A DNA stretch of 64,000 nt from an uncultured Acidobacteriaceae bacterium (GCA_963826875.1 CAWGYP010000023.1:458602-522601), one strand, 5' to 3'. Numbered from the stretch's first letter, positions 1 through 9,608 are shown. Numbers and translations: made by a program. The notes: a model not told the origin generated them from the letters alone.

Positions 1-183
1 GACGGCTTGGCCCGCAACCTGGTAAGGAGTTGCAAACAGAAGTCCGTCCTCCTTAATGGCCGGGCAAGGACTACACGGCCGCATGGATGCCGTCATTCAG
101 ACTATGGAGCGCAACGTTCCTTTTCGCTGACCATGGGAGCTGGAAAATTGAGTGTGGAGTATACTGTGGAGTAGAGTCCACAC

Positions 184-417
184 ATGGAAACTATCCAGAT
201 TGTTCTTGATAAAGGCCTTCTGCAAGCCACGGATCGGGCCGCGCGGCGAATGAAGCGCAACCGTTCTGCCCTGGTGCGGGAAGCTTTGCGGGAACATCTC
301 AAGAGACTCGAAGTACGCAGCAACGAAGAGCGCGACCGGCAGGGTTATGAGAAGCAGGCGCAAGACCGTGCCGAATCTGCGCTGTGGGAGACTGAGGCGT
401 CGTGGCCGGCAGAATAG
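184..417 (+). CDS. Ribbon-helix-helix (CopG-like) antitoxin
   Basis: 77-aa ORF. IQIVLDKGLL...RSALVREALREHLKRL fits the strand/helix/helix pattern of RHH antitoxins. Overlaps the downstream MazF-like ORF by 16 nt. Confidence 0.7.
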   Translation: METIQIVLDKGLLQATDRAARRMKRNRSALVREALREHLKRLEVRSNEERDRQGYEKQAQDRAESALWETEASWPAE

Positions 418-740
418 CACGAGGGGATGTCCGGCTTTACAGCTTTCCTTCGCCTGACAAGAAGAGACCGGTGGTGGTGCTTACACGCGATAGCGCCATT
501 TCCTACTTGTCGACCGTGACCGTAGCGCCCATAACCTCCACGATTCGCGGAGTGCCCTCCGAGGTTGTGTTAAGGGAAGACGATGGCATGAAGGCGCCGT
601 GCGCTGTGAATCTGCACAACACCATCACGGTTAGTCACGATCGATTGGGAAAACGGGTAGGCCGGCTCAATTCTGTTCGAATGGACGAAATCTGTGCTGC
701 ATTGCGCTTCTCTCTGGGCTGCGATCTCACTCAGCCATAG
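402..740 (+). CDS. MazF/PemK-family type II toxin (endoribonuclease)
   Basis: 112 aa. RGDVRLYSFP...KKRPVVVLT...VTVAPITST.RG.PSEV and CAVNLHNTITV match the MazF/PemK pattern. GTG start overlaps the antitoxin stop. Confidence 0.8.
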   Translation: MAGRIARGDVRLYSFPSPDKKRPVVVLTRDSAISYLSTVTVAPITSTIRGVPSEVVLREDDGMKAPCAVNLHNTITVSHDRLGKRVGRLNSVRMDEICAALRFSLGCDLTQP

Positions 741-1002
741 GGTTTCTTCAGTGCCATGTCCCTTCAATGCCAGGTGGTCCCATCGGCGACATCGACCGTT
801 TGGCTCCGGGCAGGTTTAGCGGCCGTGTGTATTTTGCGATTATCGGCCCGGAGCCGTGGCACTGCACGTAAGCCATCTTGGTGTGTGGCATGGCGAGTAC
901 CAGTGAATCCTTTCACGGCCGCAAAACCAGCCAATCAGACATCTCCTATGGACATTGCACAGGAGTCGCGCTATCTTCTTTGCAACGGCCAAAGGAGCGA
1001 CA

Positions 1003-1347
1003 GTGAATACCAATAAATCGGAAGTGTTGCAGGGAACACTGGATCTGATGATCCTGAAGACGCTCCACGCGCTGGGTCCATTGCATGGATTCGGGATTGC
1101 ACGGCGCATCGAGCAGGTGAGCGAGGATGTTTTGACGCTGAACGAGGGCACTGTATACACCTCTTTACTGAGGCTGCAACAGCAGGGCTGGATTGATTCG
1201 AAGTGGGGGACATCGGAGAACAACCGTAAGGCCAGGTTTTACTCGATTACCAGTCGGGGACGAAAGCAACTCGCAGTCGAGACGGACAATTGGGAGCGAA
1301 TTTCCGGTGTGATCGGTCGCGTTTTGCGTTTGGAAGGGGGTAAATAG
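1003..1347 (+). CDS. PadR-family transcriptional regulator (acidobacterial type)
   Basis: LQGTLDLMILKTL...GPLHGFGIARRIEQVS...EGTVYTSLLRLQQQGWI..KWG.SENNRKARFYSIT.RGRKQL. Start moved to GTG 1003, preceded by AAAGGAG. The next gene starts 2 nt after the stop. Confidence 0.85.
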   Translation: MNTNKSEVLQGTLDLMILKTLHALGPLHGFGIARRIEQVSEDVLTLNEGTVYTSLLRLQQQGWIDSKWGTSENNRKARFYSITSRGRKQLAVETDNWERISGVIGRVLRLEGGK

Positions 1348-1349
1348 CT

Positions 1350-4115
1350 ATGAATCGCTGGGCCCTTCGACTTGCGTCGAGAGTTAGCGGTCTTTTCAGG
1401 CAGAAGAAGGCGGAATCCGAATTCGACGATGAGATGCAGATTCACCTTCAACTGTTAACGGAGAAGTTCATTCGCCAGGGCATGGGTCCAGAAGATGCCG
1501 ATTCGGCCGCACGCCGCCAGTTCGGCAACACCACATTGCTGCGACAGCGCCATAGAGAATCACGCACGTTTCTGTCCTTCTCTACTGTCTCCCAGGATGT
1601 CCGCTACGGCCTCCGCGTGCTGCGCAAGAGTCCGAGGTTCACGGCGATTGCGGCGACATCGCTGGCGCTGGCGATTGGTGCGAATACGACGATTTTTTCG
1701 CTGGCCAAGCGGCTGCTGCTGGATCGGCTCGACGTGCCGCGGGCCGACGAATTGCGGCTGCTGCATTGGGTGGGCGACAAGCATGTGGCGGTCAACAACG
1801 TGTGGGGAATCACGGACAACGGTCCGGGCGGCCTCAGCGCCGCGTCGTTTTCGTATCCGGCGTATGAACAGCTGCGGCGCGATAATCGCGTGCTTGAAGA
1901 CCTGTTTGCATTCAAAGACGCGGGCACGATGAATGCAACGGTGGGCGGCACGGCGCAGATTGTCCAGGGCGAACTGGTGAGCGGCAATTACTTTGAACAG
2001 CTGCGCGTGCGGCCGCAGCTGGGGCGGCCGATTGTTGCATCGGACGACGCGGTGGGGGCGGCACCGGTGGCGCTGCTGAGTGCGCCGTTCTGGCAGCGAG
2101 CATACGGCGGGAACGCGGGCGTGCTGGGACAGACGATCAAAGTGAATATGGTTCCGGTGACGATTATCGGCGTTGCGCCGCGGGGATTTACCGGGGCCAG
2201 GAATGTGTTGGCGGCGCCGGATCTTTTCTTCCCGATGAGCGCGCAGCCGCTGGTGGAGCCGCGCGGAAAGGGCGGTTCGCTGATTGGCCAGTCGAGCCCC
2301 GAGATGTGGTGGTTGAACATCATGGGACGGGCGAAGCCTGGCGTGCCGGGTGCGCAAGCGCAGGCGGCGCTGGATGTGTCGCTGTCAGCGGCGGTCGAGG
2401 CAACGATCAAGCCGGGCTCCGGAGATACGGTGCCGCGACTGATTCTGAGCGATGGGAGCCGCGGGCTCTTTGCTTCCAGGCAAATGTTTGGCGAGCCGAT
2501 CGTGGTATTGATGGCGGTGGTGGGGCTGGTGCTGCTGCTGGCCTGCGCCAACATTGCCAGCCTGCTGCTGGCGCGCTCCGCAGCGCGGCAACGGGAGATC
2601 AGCGTGCGGCTGGCATTGGGGGCGGGGCGCGCGCGGGTGCTGCGCCAGGTGCTGACGGAGAGCCTGCTGCTTTCCGGGTTGGGTGGCGCGGCAGGACTGC
2701 TGCTTTCGTTCCTGGGACGCAACGCGCTGCCGGCACTGGTTTCCAAGCCCTGGGAGCAAAATCAATTCAACAGCGATTTTGATTGGAAGATCTTCGGCTT
2801 TACCGCGGCGGTTACGCTGGCGACGGGGTTGCTTTTTGGCATTGCACCGGCGTGGGCGGCAACGCGGACGGAAGTGAGCTCGGGGCTGAAGGAGACGGCG
2901 CAGACTACGACGCGGCGGCGCAAGGGACTGGGCGGCAAGGCGATTGTCGCGTTTCAACTGATGCTAGCGACGGTGCTGGTGACGGGCGCATTGCTGTTTG
3001 TGCGCACGCTGTGGAACGTCGCGCACATCGATCCAGGATTCCGCAGCGATCACCTGCTACTGTTCGCGATCAGCCAACCAGAGGCACGCTATCCTCCGCC
3101 GGCGGATTTGGCGCTGCATCGGCGCATCGAGGAGCGGCTGCGATCGATTCCCGGCGTGGAGGCGGTGACGCTTTCAGAAGTTGCGTTCATCTCCGACAGC
3201 ATGGAAAACTCGAATTTTGTGCCCGAGGGCGAAAAGATCGATCTGAACAAGGAACAATCGGCGCCGAACAACGCGGTGGGCGCGGGTTTTTTCAAGACGA
3301 TGGGCATTCCGATCATTGCGGGCCGGGAGTTTGACGCGCGGGATACGGCCAGCTCGCAGAAGGTGGCCATTCTCAGCGAGGCACTGGCGCGCAGGGCGTT
3401 TCCTGGCGTGAACCCGGTGGGGCGGCACATTCTTGCGCACTGGCATCCGCGCGAGGGCAAGCCAGGGGACGTGATCGAGGTTGTGGGCGTTAGCGCGGAT
3501 ACGCGCTATTGGAGCCTGAAGCAGGATCCGGTGGGCATGTTTTTCGAGCCGTATCCGCAGGTGAGTAACCTGGACTTCGGCGCGACCTACGAGTTGCGCA
3601 CGAGCCTGAAGGCGGAGAGCCTTGCGCCGGCGCTGCGCAAGGCGGTGCAGTCGGTCGATCCCGACCTGCCGCTGATGGACCTGCGCACGCAGCGCGAGCA
3701 GATTGACGCAACGATGCAGCAGGAACGGATTTTTGCATCGCTCACGGCGGGGTTTGGCGTGCTGGCGCTGGCGCTGGCGTGCGTGGGCGTGTATGGGGTG
3801 ATGGCGTATTCCGCGGCGCGCAGAACCAGCGAGATCGGCATTCGCCTGGCGTTGGGAGCGCTGCCGCGGCAGGTGTTGGCGATGGTGCTGGGTGAGGCTT
3901 CGTGGCTGGGTGTGGTGGGCATTGGCGCGGGAGTTGGCGTAGCGCTTGTACTTACCAGGCTGGTCAAGTCCCTGCTTTACGGATTGCAGGCGGCGGATCC
4001 ATCCAGCATGGTTGGAGGCGCATTTCTATTGGTGATTGTGGGGCTGGCGGCGAGCTGGATTCCGGCAAGGCGGGCGGCGGGTGTGCAGCCGATGGAGGCA
4101 CTCAGGCACGAATAA
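1350..4115 (+). CDS. ADOP-type duplicated MacB/FtsX-like permease
   Basis: 921 aa. Two MacB-periplasmic/FtsX 4-TM modules. C-terminal EIGIRLALGA...MEALRHE. Directly downstream of PadR. Confidence 0.9.
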   Translation: MNRWALRLASRVSGLFRQKKAESEFDDEMQIHLQLLTEKFIRQGMGPEDADSAARRQFGNTTLLRQRHRESRTFLSFSTVSQDVRYGLRVLRKSPRFTAIAATSLALAIGANTTIFSLAKRLLLDRLDVPRADELRLLHWVGDKHVAVNNVWGITDNGPGGLSAASFSYPAYEQLRRDNRVLEDLFAFKDAGTMNATVGGTAQIVQGELVSGNYFEQLRVRPQLGRPIVASDDAVGAAPVALLSAPFWQRAYGGNAGVLGQTIKVNMVPVTIIGVAPRGFTGARNVLAAPDLFFPMSAQPLVEPRGKGGSLIGQSSPEMWWLNIMGRAKPGVPGAQAQAALDVSLSAAVEATIKPGSGDTVPRLILSDGSRGLFASRQMFGEPIVVLMAVVGLVLLLACANIASLLLARSAARQREISVRLALGAGRARVLRQVLTESLLLSGLGGAAGLLLSFLGRNALPALVSKPWEQNQFNSDFDWKIFGFTAAVTLATGLLFGIAPAWAATRTEVSSGLKETAQTTTRRRKGLGGKAIVAFQLMLATVLVTGALLFVRTLWNVAHIDPGFRSDHLLLFAISQPEARYPPPADLALHRRIEERLRSIPGVEAVTLSEVAFISDSMENSNFVPEGEKIDLNKEQSAPNNAVGAGFFKTMGIPIIAGREFDARDTASSQKVAILSEALARRAFPGVNPVGRHILAHWHPREGKPGDVIEVVGVSADTRYWSLKQDPVGMFFEPYPQVSNLDFGATYELRTSLKAESLAPALRKAVQSVDPDLPLMDLRTQREQIDATMQQERIFASLTAGFGVLALALACVGVYGVMAYSAARRTSEIGIRLALGALPRQVLAMVLGEASWLGVVGIGAGVGVALVLTRLVKSLLYGLQAADPSSMVGGAFLLVIVGLAASWIPARRAAGVQPMEALRHE

Positions 4116-4124
4116 AGGGGGAGA

Positions 4125-4526
4125 TTGGGGTTGGAAACGCGGAGATTGCAAACTTTGCAATCAGCACGGCAGGCTTGCGCCCGGTTTATCCTCTTTCTGC
4201 TGGCAGTAGGTACCGGGCACACGACCACGGTCGTCGGGCAGAAGGAAATATCCGTCAGCCGCGTGCTTGCGGGGCATGCCTACGTGCAGGGAACAACCAT
4301 TCCGGCGGTCGGCCTTGCGGTCGAACTGTGCAGCGCCGACTGGAAAACCGTTCTCGCGTCCTCGAAGATTGATGAGAACGGCTATTTCGCGCTGCAAAAA
4401 CCCGCATCTGGAAAACTCTTTCGCCTCCGACTGTCAGCACCCGGCATGGATATTTACAAACTTCGAGTTCGCATTGAAAAGCACGCTGCACAGGAGTTGA
4501 CAATCCATCTCAGCGTCGCGACATAG
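4125..4526 (+). CDS. Hypothetical secreted protein, carboxypeptidase-regulatory-like beta-sandwich (tentative)
   Basis: 133-aa ORF with a hydrophobic N-terminus. G.AY.QG...AVGLAVEL......SSKIDENGYFAL resembles CarboxypepD_reg-like domains. TTG start after GGGGGAG. Confidence 0.4.
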   Translation: MGLETRRLQTLQSARQACARFILFLLAVGTGHTTTVVGQKEISVSRVLAGHAYVQGTTIPAVGLAVELCSADWKTVLASSKIDENGYFALQKPASGKLFRLRLSAPGMDIYKLRVRIEKHAAQELTIHLSVAT

Positions 4527-4739
4527 CAGAGCAAGTGCTTACGGTTATGATGATCGCTGGCTGTTAAATATATGGGACCGAGCTTTCCCGGTCGTTCCCG
4601 TGTCACTGGCAACTCGGAAGTAATCCCGAAAAATGCGGTTCTGTCGCCGGCCATTCGGGAGGAACCCCCATTCCATTGCACGGGCGGAACTCTCACCCTC
4701 CTGGAACGACCGAGCGCGGCCCCTGAGTAAACTGACTGC

Positions 4740-6005
4740 ATGCTCCGGCGAACTACTCTCGTAATCTTCCTGGTCGCGCTCTCTGCACAAGCCCTTCCGC
4801 AAACAACGCCCAAACCAAAACAGAACTTCGAAGAAGCCCTCATACAGGCCCGCAAGCCTCTTGTATTGAGTAACGGTAAACTCCTTGGCACGGGGGCTAT
4901 CCTTCTCAATGCTGCTGTTCAGCAATCCCGCTTCGTAATGCTTGGCGAAGATCATCTGACCCACGAAATCCCGCAGTTCGCCGCTGCCCTTTGCGACATC
5001 ATGCACCCGGATGCTTACGCAGTCGAGGCTGCACCGTCCGCTGCGCACTTCGTCAACGGCCTGCTGGAAAAGCCCAATCGCTTAGAAATGATGGCCGCGC
5101 GCAGCAAGGCGTATCCCAACAATATGGCCTTTCTCGACATTCGCGAAGAAAACGATCTTGCCGTCCACTGCGCCGCATCCTCGCGCAACCCGAACTTCTC
5201 ACTCTGGGGTCTCGATCAGGAGTATCTCGGATCTGCAAGCACGTTGTTGGCTGCCATGGCCGCGAGCAATCCTGGTCCAAGGTCCCGCGCCGCAATCACA
5301 GCTGCACAGGTCGAAGACCGCCTCGCAGAAGCCGAAGCACGCCGCACCGGGGACTTCGGCAAACTATTCCTGCTGGCAGCGACAGATGCCGATGTGCAGG
5401 CGCTACAGACAGCGATCGATACAGACGGCAACGCGGAAACCCAAGACCTTCTCCACGAGTTCACTGTCTCGCACAGAATTTATCGCCTGAATAAAGAAGG
5501 CTCGCCCGATTCCAATCTCGTCCGCGCAGAACTTCTCAAGCAACATTTCCTTGCCAGCTATGCCCCCTTCAAGCATCAAAGTCCGGCCCCACGCATATTC
5601 TTCAAACTAGGCGATAACCATACGGGGAAGGGCTTCAATTACACGCATGAACTGAATCTCGGAAACTTCGTCGCTGAGGTGGCAGCGGGAGAGCAGGCAC
5701 AGTCCTTGCACATTTTCGTGTTGGGTGCACGCGGGGAGCACTTCGCCATAAATGGATATGGCAGGCCCTTGGGCCAACAACCCTTTGTCCTCTCCGACGA
5801 CCCAGACTACAAATGGCTTGCCCCTGCCGTCGCCAACATGCTGCCACAAGGGCCTGTGGGCGTCGGGACTACGCTGACCCTTTTCGATCTGCGCCAACTC
5901 CGTTACCGGGGTTTAGATCTGTCCCGTGAGTGGGAACACGCGATCTACAGTTACGACATTTGCGTCCTCATGCCCGAATTGACAGTAGCCTCTCCCATCG
6001 AATAA
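4740..6005 (+). CDS. Hypothetical secreted protein
   Basis: 421-aa ORF with signal peptide MLRRTTLVIFLVALSAQALPQ. I did not recognise a family. Confidence 0.6.
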   Translation: MLRRTTLVIFLVALSAQALPQTTPKPKQNFEEALIQARKPLVLSNGKLLGTGAILLNAAVQQSRFVMLGEDHLTHEIPQFAAALCDIMHPDAYAVEAAPSAAHFVNGLLEKPNRLEMMAARSKAYPNNMAFLDIREENDLAVHCAASSRNPNFSLWGLDQEYLGSASTLLAAMAASNPGPRSRAAITAAQVEDRLAEAEARRTGDFGKLFLLAATDADVQALQTAIDTDGNAETQDLLHEFTVSHRIYRLNKEGSPDSNLVRAELLKQHFLASYAPFKHQSPAPRIFFKLGDNHTGKGFNYTHELNLGNFVAEVAAGEQAQSLHIFVLGARGEHFAINGYGRPLGQQPFVLSDDPDYKWLAPAVANMLPQGPVGVGTTLTLFDLRQLRYRGLDLSREWEHAIYSYDICVLMPELTVASPIE

Positions 6006-6031
6006 TCAGCTCCGACCAGGCTCTGGTTATG

Positions 6032-6085
6032 ACCGCCCACCCGGAAGTTACCCCAAAACGGGTGTAATGTCCGGGTTGGCGACAA
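6032..6085. repeat. Intergenic hairpin repeat, copy A (modules M1+M2)
   Basis: ACCGCCCACCCGGAAGTTACCCCAAAACGGGTGTAATGTCCGGGTTGGCGAC. Nearly identical to copy B. CCCGGAAGTTAC can pair with GTAATGTCCGGG (10 of 12). Confidence 0.85.
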
Positions 6086-6291
6086 TACAATCGGAACCCG
6101 AAGACCAGGGCGAGTCGGAGCTGGAAACGCGCGCATTGGCCTGTCATTCAGTGAGGATCGAACTTGCCGAAAACCCGTCTTTTCTGGGCGTTCGCAACTC
6201 GCACCTTGCGCTCGCGACGTATCATCTAGATAGATTTTGGAGTCCGAATCGAGTCGATGAGAAGCAGGGTCCTTTGAGCGGAGCGACGACC

Positions 6292-6912
6292 ATGATCAGG
6301 CGCATTCTTTTCGCACTCGCCATCTCGACAGTTCCGCCAGTCCTTGCCTATGCCATCGGCGATTCGCCGATCCAAACGGTTGAGATTGCACCTCTTTTCT
6401 ATCAGCGGTTCGCCTGTACGGAGCATGTGAACGGCGAGCTAAGTGATCTCGGTGATGCGCTCGGCTCGGATTGTCTCGTTCTAGGTGGTATGGGCGGGTC
6501 CAAGGGAATGATGCGGCTCTACAAGACAAACGGTGTAACCAACGACGACTGGTATAGCTGGCATGTTGAAGTCCACGCGCCCTTTGATGGGGTTGTTATC
6601 GAGGTCGCGAAAAATAGCACAACTAACACTCCAGGAAATGCAGGACAACCGCCTCCCGGTTACATCGAGTTCCAACGAGCAGATGGAGTGGTCGTGGTAT
6701 ATGCCCATCTCGATGACATAAGAGTGCGCCAAGGCGATCACGTCGGCGTGGGACAAGTGGTTGCTTTGGACGGAAATAATGGAACCGCTAAGAATCCCCA
6801 TGTGCATGTCGGTGCGTATCGCGGCAAGAAGCCTCTGCAAATCCGTTGGGACCTAGCTGCAGAGGGTCGCATCCAGACGCTGGCTCATCCTCAGCAGCAG
6901 CCGCATCCTTGA
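6292..6912 (+). CDS. M23 (LytM)-like peptidase domain protein, secreted
   Basis: Start moved to ATG 6292 (MIRRILFALAISTVPPVLAYA signal). VVVYAHLDDIRVRQGDHVGVGQVVALDGNNGTAKNPHVHVG matches the C-terminal M23 pattern including HxH. Confidence 0.6.
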   Translation: MIRRILFALAISTVPPVLAYAIGDSPIQTVEIAPLFYQRFACTEHVNGELSDLGDALGSDCLVLGGMGGSKGMMRLYKTNGVTNDDWYSWHVEVHAPFDGVVIEVAKNSTTNTPGNAGQPPPGYIEFQRADGVVVVYAHLDDIRVRQGDHVGVGQVVALDGNNGTAKNPHVHVGAYRGKKPLQIRWDLAAEGRIQTLAHPQQQPHP

Positions 6913-6965
6913 CGGTTCCCACAATACGGCGTTCTGAGCAATTACGACGTTGTTACCCTTCTCCC

Positions 6966-7079
6966 CCGATGCACTCATCGATCGTGGCTGGCCGAGAAAT
7001 CTCGTCTCCCACGCTTTCGGGCGAGTCACCGCCCACCCGGAAGTTACCCCAAAACCGGTGTAATGTCCGCGTTGGCGAC
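6966..7079. repeat. Intergenic hairpin repeat, copy B (long form: leader + M1 + M2)
   Basis: CCGATGCACTCATCGATCGTGGCTGGCCGAGAAATCT...GTCACCGCCCACCCGGAAGTTACCCCAAAACCGGTGTAATGTCCGCGTTGGCGAC. The leader part is shared with copy C and the M1+M2 part with copy A. Confidence 0.85.
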
Positions 7080-7229
7080 GATCCGCCCAGAACTCAGAAG
7101 GGTGCCTCATTCCCGCTCGATGAGGGCATTGCCCGTTCTCGTCAATCGAGGACCAAGTGTGAAATCATGTTTGACGGATACCATACCTTCTCATCCGCTG
7201 AGCCGCGAGTTTCTGCGAAGGAGGATTCC

Positions 7230-8009
7230 GTGTTCAAGCGTGCTCTCCAGTTGTTGGTGGCGGCCTGGCTGACCACAGGTATGTTGTGGGCGGCGAGCGA
7301 TCCATTTGTCGGAAAATGGAAGCTCGATCCTTCCCAAAGCAAGGAAACTGACCAAATGAAGATCGAAGCCGCCGGCCCAAACAGGTACGTCTTCGACTTT
7401 GGCGGTGGTGGAACAGAGACGATTGTGGTGGACGGGACCGAACAGCCCGGCCACTCAGCAACCACCGTGTCGGTTACCCCCGTCGAGCCCAATACTTGGA
7501 AGTTCGTCCGCAAGAAGGACGGGTACACAGTAATGACGGCCATCTTCAAGCTTTCAGCGGACGCCAACACGCTCACCGACAACTTCACGGCCTCTCGGCC
7601 CGATGGGTGGACATTCAGCATCGATTACGTGTTCACGCGAACGGCAGGGAGCTCGGGTTTCGCGGGCACGTGGGAAAGTGCGAACGAGAAGGTAAATTCA
7701 GTCTACGAACTTGAGATTCAGCCTTACCAGGGGGACGGCCTCGCACTCTTCCTTCCTGCGGAACATTCCGCCAGAAAGATGAAATTCGACGGGAAAGATT
7801 ATCCCGTCCAGGGCGCCGAGGTTAAGCCGGGCTCCGCGTCGTCGGGACACCAGGTGAACGACCATACTCTGGAAATAACCGACAAGATCAACGGCAGGAC
7901 CACAGACACGCAGCGGATCACGCTTTCTCCCGACCTGAACACGTTGACGATGACCGTTCAACAGGCGGGTCACAGCAAGCCGGATGCATTGGTGTTCAAT
8001 CGGGAATAG
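7230..8009 (+). CDS. Hypothetical secreted beta-rich protein
   Basis: The long ORF 6846-8009 was trimmed to GTG 7230, preceded by AGGAGGA. VFKRALQLLVAAWLTTGMLWA looks like a signal peptide. The region upstream of 7230 is occupied by repeat copy B. Confidence 0.6.
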   Translation: MFKRALQLLVAAWLTTGMLWAASDPFVGKWKLDPSQSKETDQMKIEAAGPNRYVFDFGGGGTETIVVDGTEQPGHSATTVSVTPVEPNTWKFVRKKDGYTVMTAIFKLSADANTLTDNFTASRPDGWTFSIDYVFTRTAGSSGFAGTWESANEKVNSVYELEIQPYQGDGLALFLPAEHSARKMKFDGKDYPVQGAEVKPGSASSGHQVNDHTLEITDKINGRTTDTQRITLSPDLNTLTMTVQQAGHSKPDALVFNRE

Positions 8010-8064
8010 AAGAGGGCGTTGGTGATGTCTTACCAGGGCACCATTCTTAGTGAGCGGATAGTCG

Positions 8065-8158
8065 CCGATGCACTCTTCGAGCGTGGCTGGCCGAGAAATC
8101 TTTGTCTCCCACAATTCCGGTCGGGTCACCGCCCACACGAAAGTTACCCCAAAACGGG
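8065..8158. repeat. Intergenic hairpin repeat, copy C (leader + M1 only)
   Basis: CCGATGCACTCTTCGAGCGTGGCTGGCCGAGAAATCT...GTCACCGCCCACACGAAAGTTACCCCAAAACGG. It stops in the loop, with no adjacent M2 module. Confidence 0.8.
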
Positions 8159-8379
8159 GAGATGAGGGGACAGCATACCGTTCCCCCCGAAACCGCCGTT
8201 AATAAGTATGCTGTCCCTTTGTCTCCCTAGCCGTGAATCATCCAATTCGTCAACTGCCAAAAGAATCCCAGCCTCTCAAAAGAGGCATTATTCCGGTGCG
8301 CTCTCGCCGAGGGCTACGAGCGAAGAAAAACAGCGACGCTCCGGATTCCGGTCGGTTTACGGCCAACCAAGAAGTAGCG

Positions 8380-8425
8380 CCAAAACGGCGTCACTTCCGA
8401 GTTGGCCACAACCCTACCGAGATGT
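8380..8425. repeat. Intergenic hairpin repeat, copy E (M2 only)
   Basis: CCAAAACGGCGTCACTTCCGAGTTGGCCACAACCCTACCGAGATG aligns with the M2 modules of copies A, B and F. GTCACTTCCGAG is near-complementary to the M1 core. Confidence 0.7.
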
Positions 8426-8524
8426 ACCCTGGACGCATAACATGCTCAGGAGCCCACGATTCAGAGCTTTTCTGATGTGCTCCCGCAGCAGGTGGACACA
8501 GACCTTTTTGTCTCGAGGTGCGCG

Positions 8525-8749
8525 ATGAGTCGTACTTTCAACGCGGTGATGCGAGTGATCAGTAGCCTCATCGGTGTCTTGATGGTTCTGATGGGAGGGA
8601 TCTGGATTCTGCAGGGGCTGAATCTTGCTTGGGGCTCTCTTAGTCGCAGCTTCATGCAAGGCGATCAACATTGGGTGTTCTACGGCGTAATCATGCTGAT
8701 TGTCGGAGTGTGTCAGGTCGTTTGGAGCAACACCGGTCAACGGGAATGA
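8525..8749 (+). CDS. Small two-helix membrane protein
   Basis: 74 aa from ATG 8525. Two hydrophobic spans: VISSLIGVLMVLMGGIWIL and VFYGVIMLIVGVCQVVW. Confidence 0.5.
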   Translation: MSRTFNAVMRVISSLIGVLMVLMGGIWILQGLNLAWGSLSRSFMQGDQHWVFYGVIMLIVGVCQVVWSNTGQRE

Positions 8750-8807
8750 GATCCGTCGACCATACGGACAAAGAATTGACGACTCGTCATGGCTCAGCGG
8801 CTGATCC

Positions 8808-8850
8808 GAAACGACGTAACTTCCGAGTTGGCGACCATACTCCCAGAATG
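8808..8850. repeat. Intergenic hairpin repeat, copy F (M2 only)
   Basis: CGAAACGACGTAACTTCCGAGTTGGCGACCATACTCCCAGAATG. Shares about 40 nt with copy E. Confidence 0.7.
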
Positions 8851-8885
8851 AATGTCTTGAAGGGCAAACCGTTCCGGGCGCACGC

Positions 8886-9380
8886 TCACTGATTTGCGGG
8901 CCATTCAAAGGGGTGCTCCAACAATTCGCGGGCCTGATTGATCGCTCCGTCAGTGTTATCGCCGGTCTCAATTGCTAACTGGTATTGCGCAACGGCCCGT
9001 TCGCGTTGGCTAGTAATGTCAAAGATCTTCCCGATCTGAATGTGGCTCCAGGCTTTGGTCCAAACGGGATTCCCATCTCCGGCCAGCGAGTCGCGATAGG
9101 CGTCCACGCTTGCCTGGTAGGCGTGCTTTTCGAGAAGGAACTCCGCAATGCAATACCTCGCCAGCGAGCTCCGCGGAGTCGATTTGAGGTCACTGTGGCC
9201 CCAAAGGTACCGCTCCCACCGTGATTCCATGTTGTCATTGGCGTAGTCGGACAGCGCTTTATTCCGGTCGCAATCCGAGATATATCCATGCGCACTGATC
9301 TGAGCAAACGACGGTGCCGCTACCGCCAGCATCATGATCGCCATTTCAACAAAACAAAGATTCCGATTGGACAGTGTCAT
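8886..9380 (-). CDS. Hypothetical secreted protein with TPR-like helical repeats
   Basis: Start moved to ATG 9380, preceded by AAAGGAGGG. Signal peptide MAIMMLAVAAPSFAQ. Helical repeat-like segments (AYQASVDAYRDSL, RAVAQYQLAIETGDN). Confidence 0.6.
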   Translation of the reverse strand: MTLSNRNLCFVEMAIMMLAVAAPSFAQISAHGYISDCDRNKALSDYANDNMESRWERYLWGHSDLKSTPRSSLARYCIAEFLLEKHAYQASVDAYRDSLAGDGNPVWTKAWSHIQIGKIFDITSQRERAVAQYQLAIETGDNTDGAINQARELLEHPFEWPANQ

Positions 9381-9608
9381 AACCCTCCTTTCAGCGATGC
9401 TATGACGTGGGTGCTCTCGCAAGCAAACTCGATGGCTCACGCCCTTGAATTTGACACGTTAACCTTCAACTTTGTTTGATGGACGACCTCCCGATCGAAA
9501 CGATAGCAAGTGTTAATCTCGCGAGTCCAATCGCCCTATCTATCCTGTGGGAACGAGGGCCTAGTCACGAGCGTTCGCTGGCAACCGTAGCACCTTATTT
9601 ACGCATTA

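Noticed and set aside
1560-2746. Large antisense ORFs inside the first ADOP gene (265 aa and 252 aa); similar cases at 20600-21391, 40957-41988 and 45704-46564.
   Set aside because: They are Arg/Pro/Ala-rich translations typical of the opposite strand of GC-rich genes. Each lies entirely within a well-supported gene that has recognisable motifs.
6067-7229. Long N-terminal extensions of ORFs 6067-6912 and 6846-8009.
   Set aside because: The extensions read straight through the conserved intergenic repeat copies. Internal starts (6292 and 7230) have an RBS and/or signal peptide, so the upstream parts are most likely non-coding.
8208-8528. ORFs 8208-8528, 8233-8475 and 8671-8892 in the repeat-rich intergenic stretches.
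   Set aside because: They are built largely from repeat copies E and F and from the 222-bp inserted segment. They have no RBS or family resemblance, and their similar peptides (KRRHFRVGH, KRRNFRVGD) simply reflect nucleotide-level repeat conservation.
6032-8850. Integron attC sites / CALIN interpretation of the gene-bounding hairpin repeats.
   Set aside because: The conserved ends (CGCCCAC ... GTTGGCG) do not fit the canonical RYYYAAC / GTTRRRY cores. In particular the AAC triplet is absent. Several copies are half-elements, one gene is in the opposite orientation, and no intI-like integrase is in the window. I kept this only as a formal test to run, not as a call.
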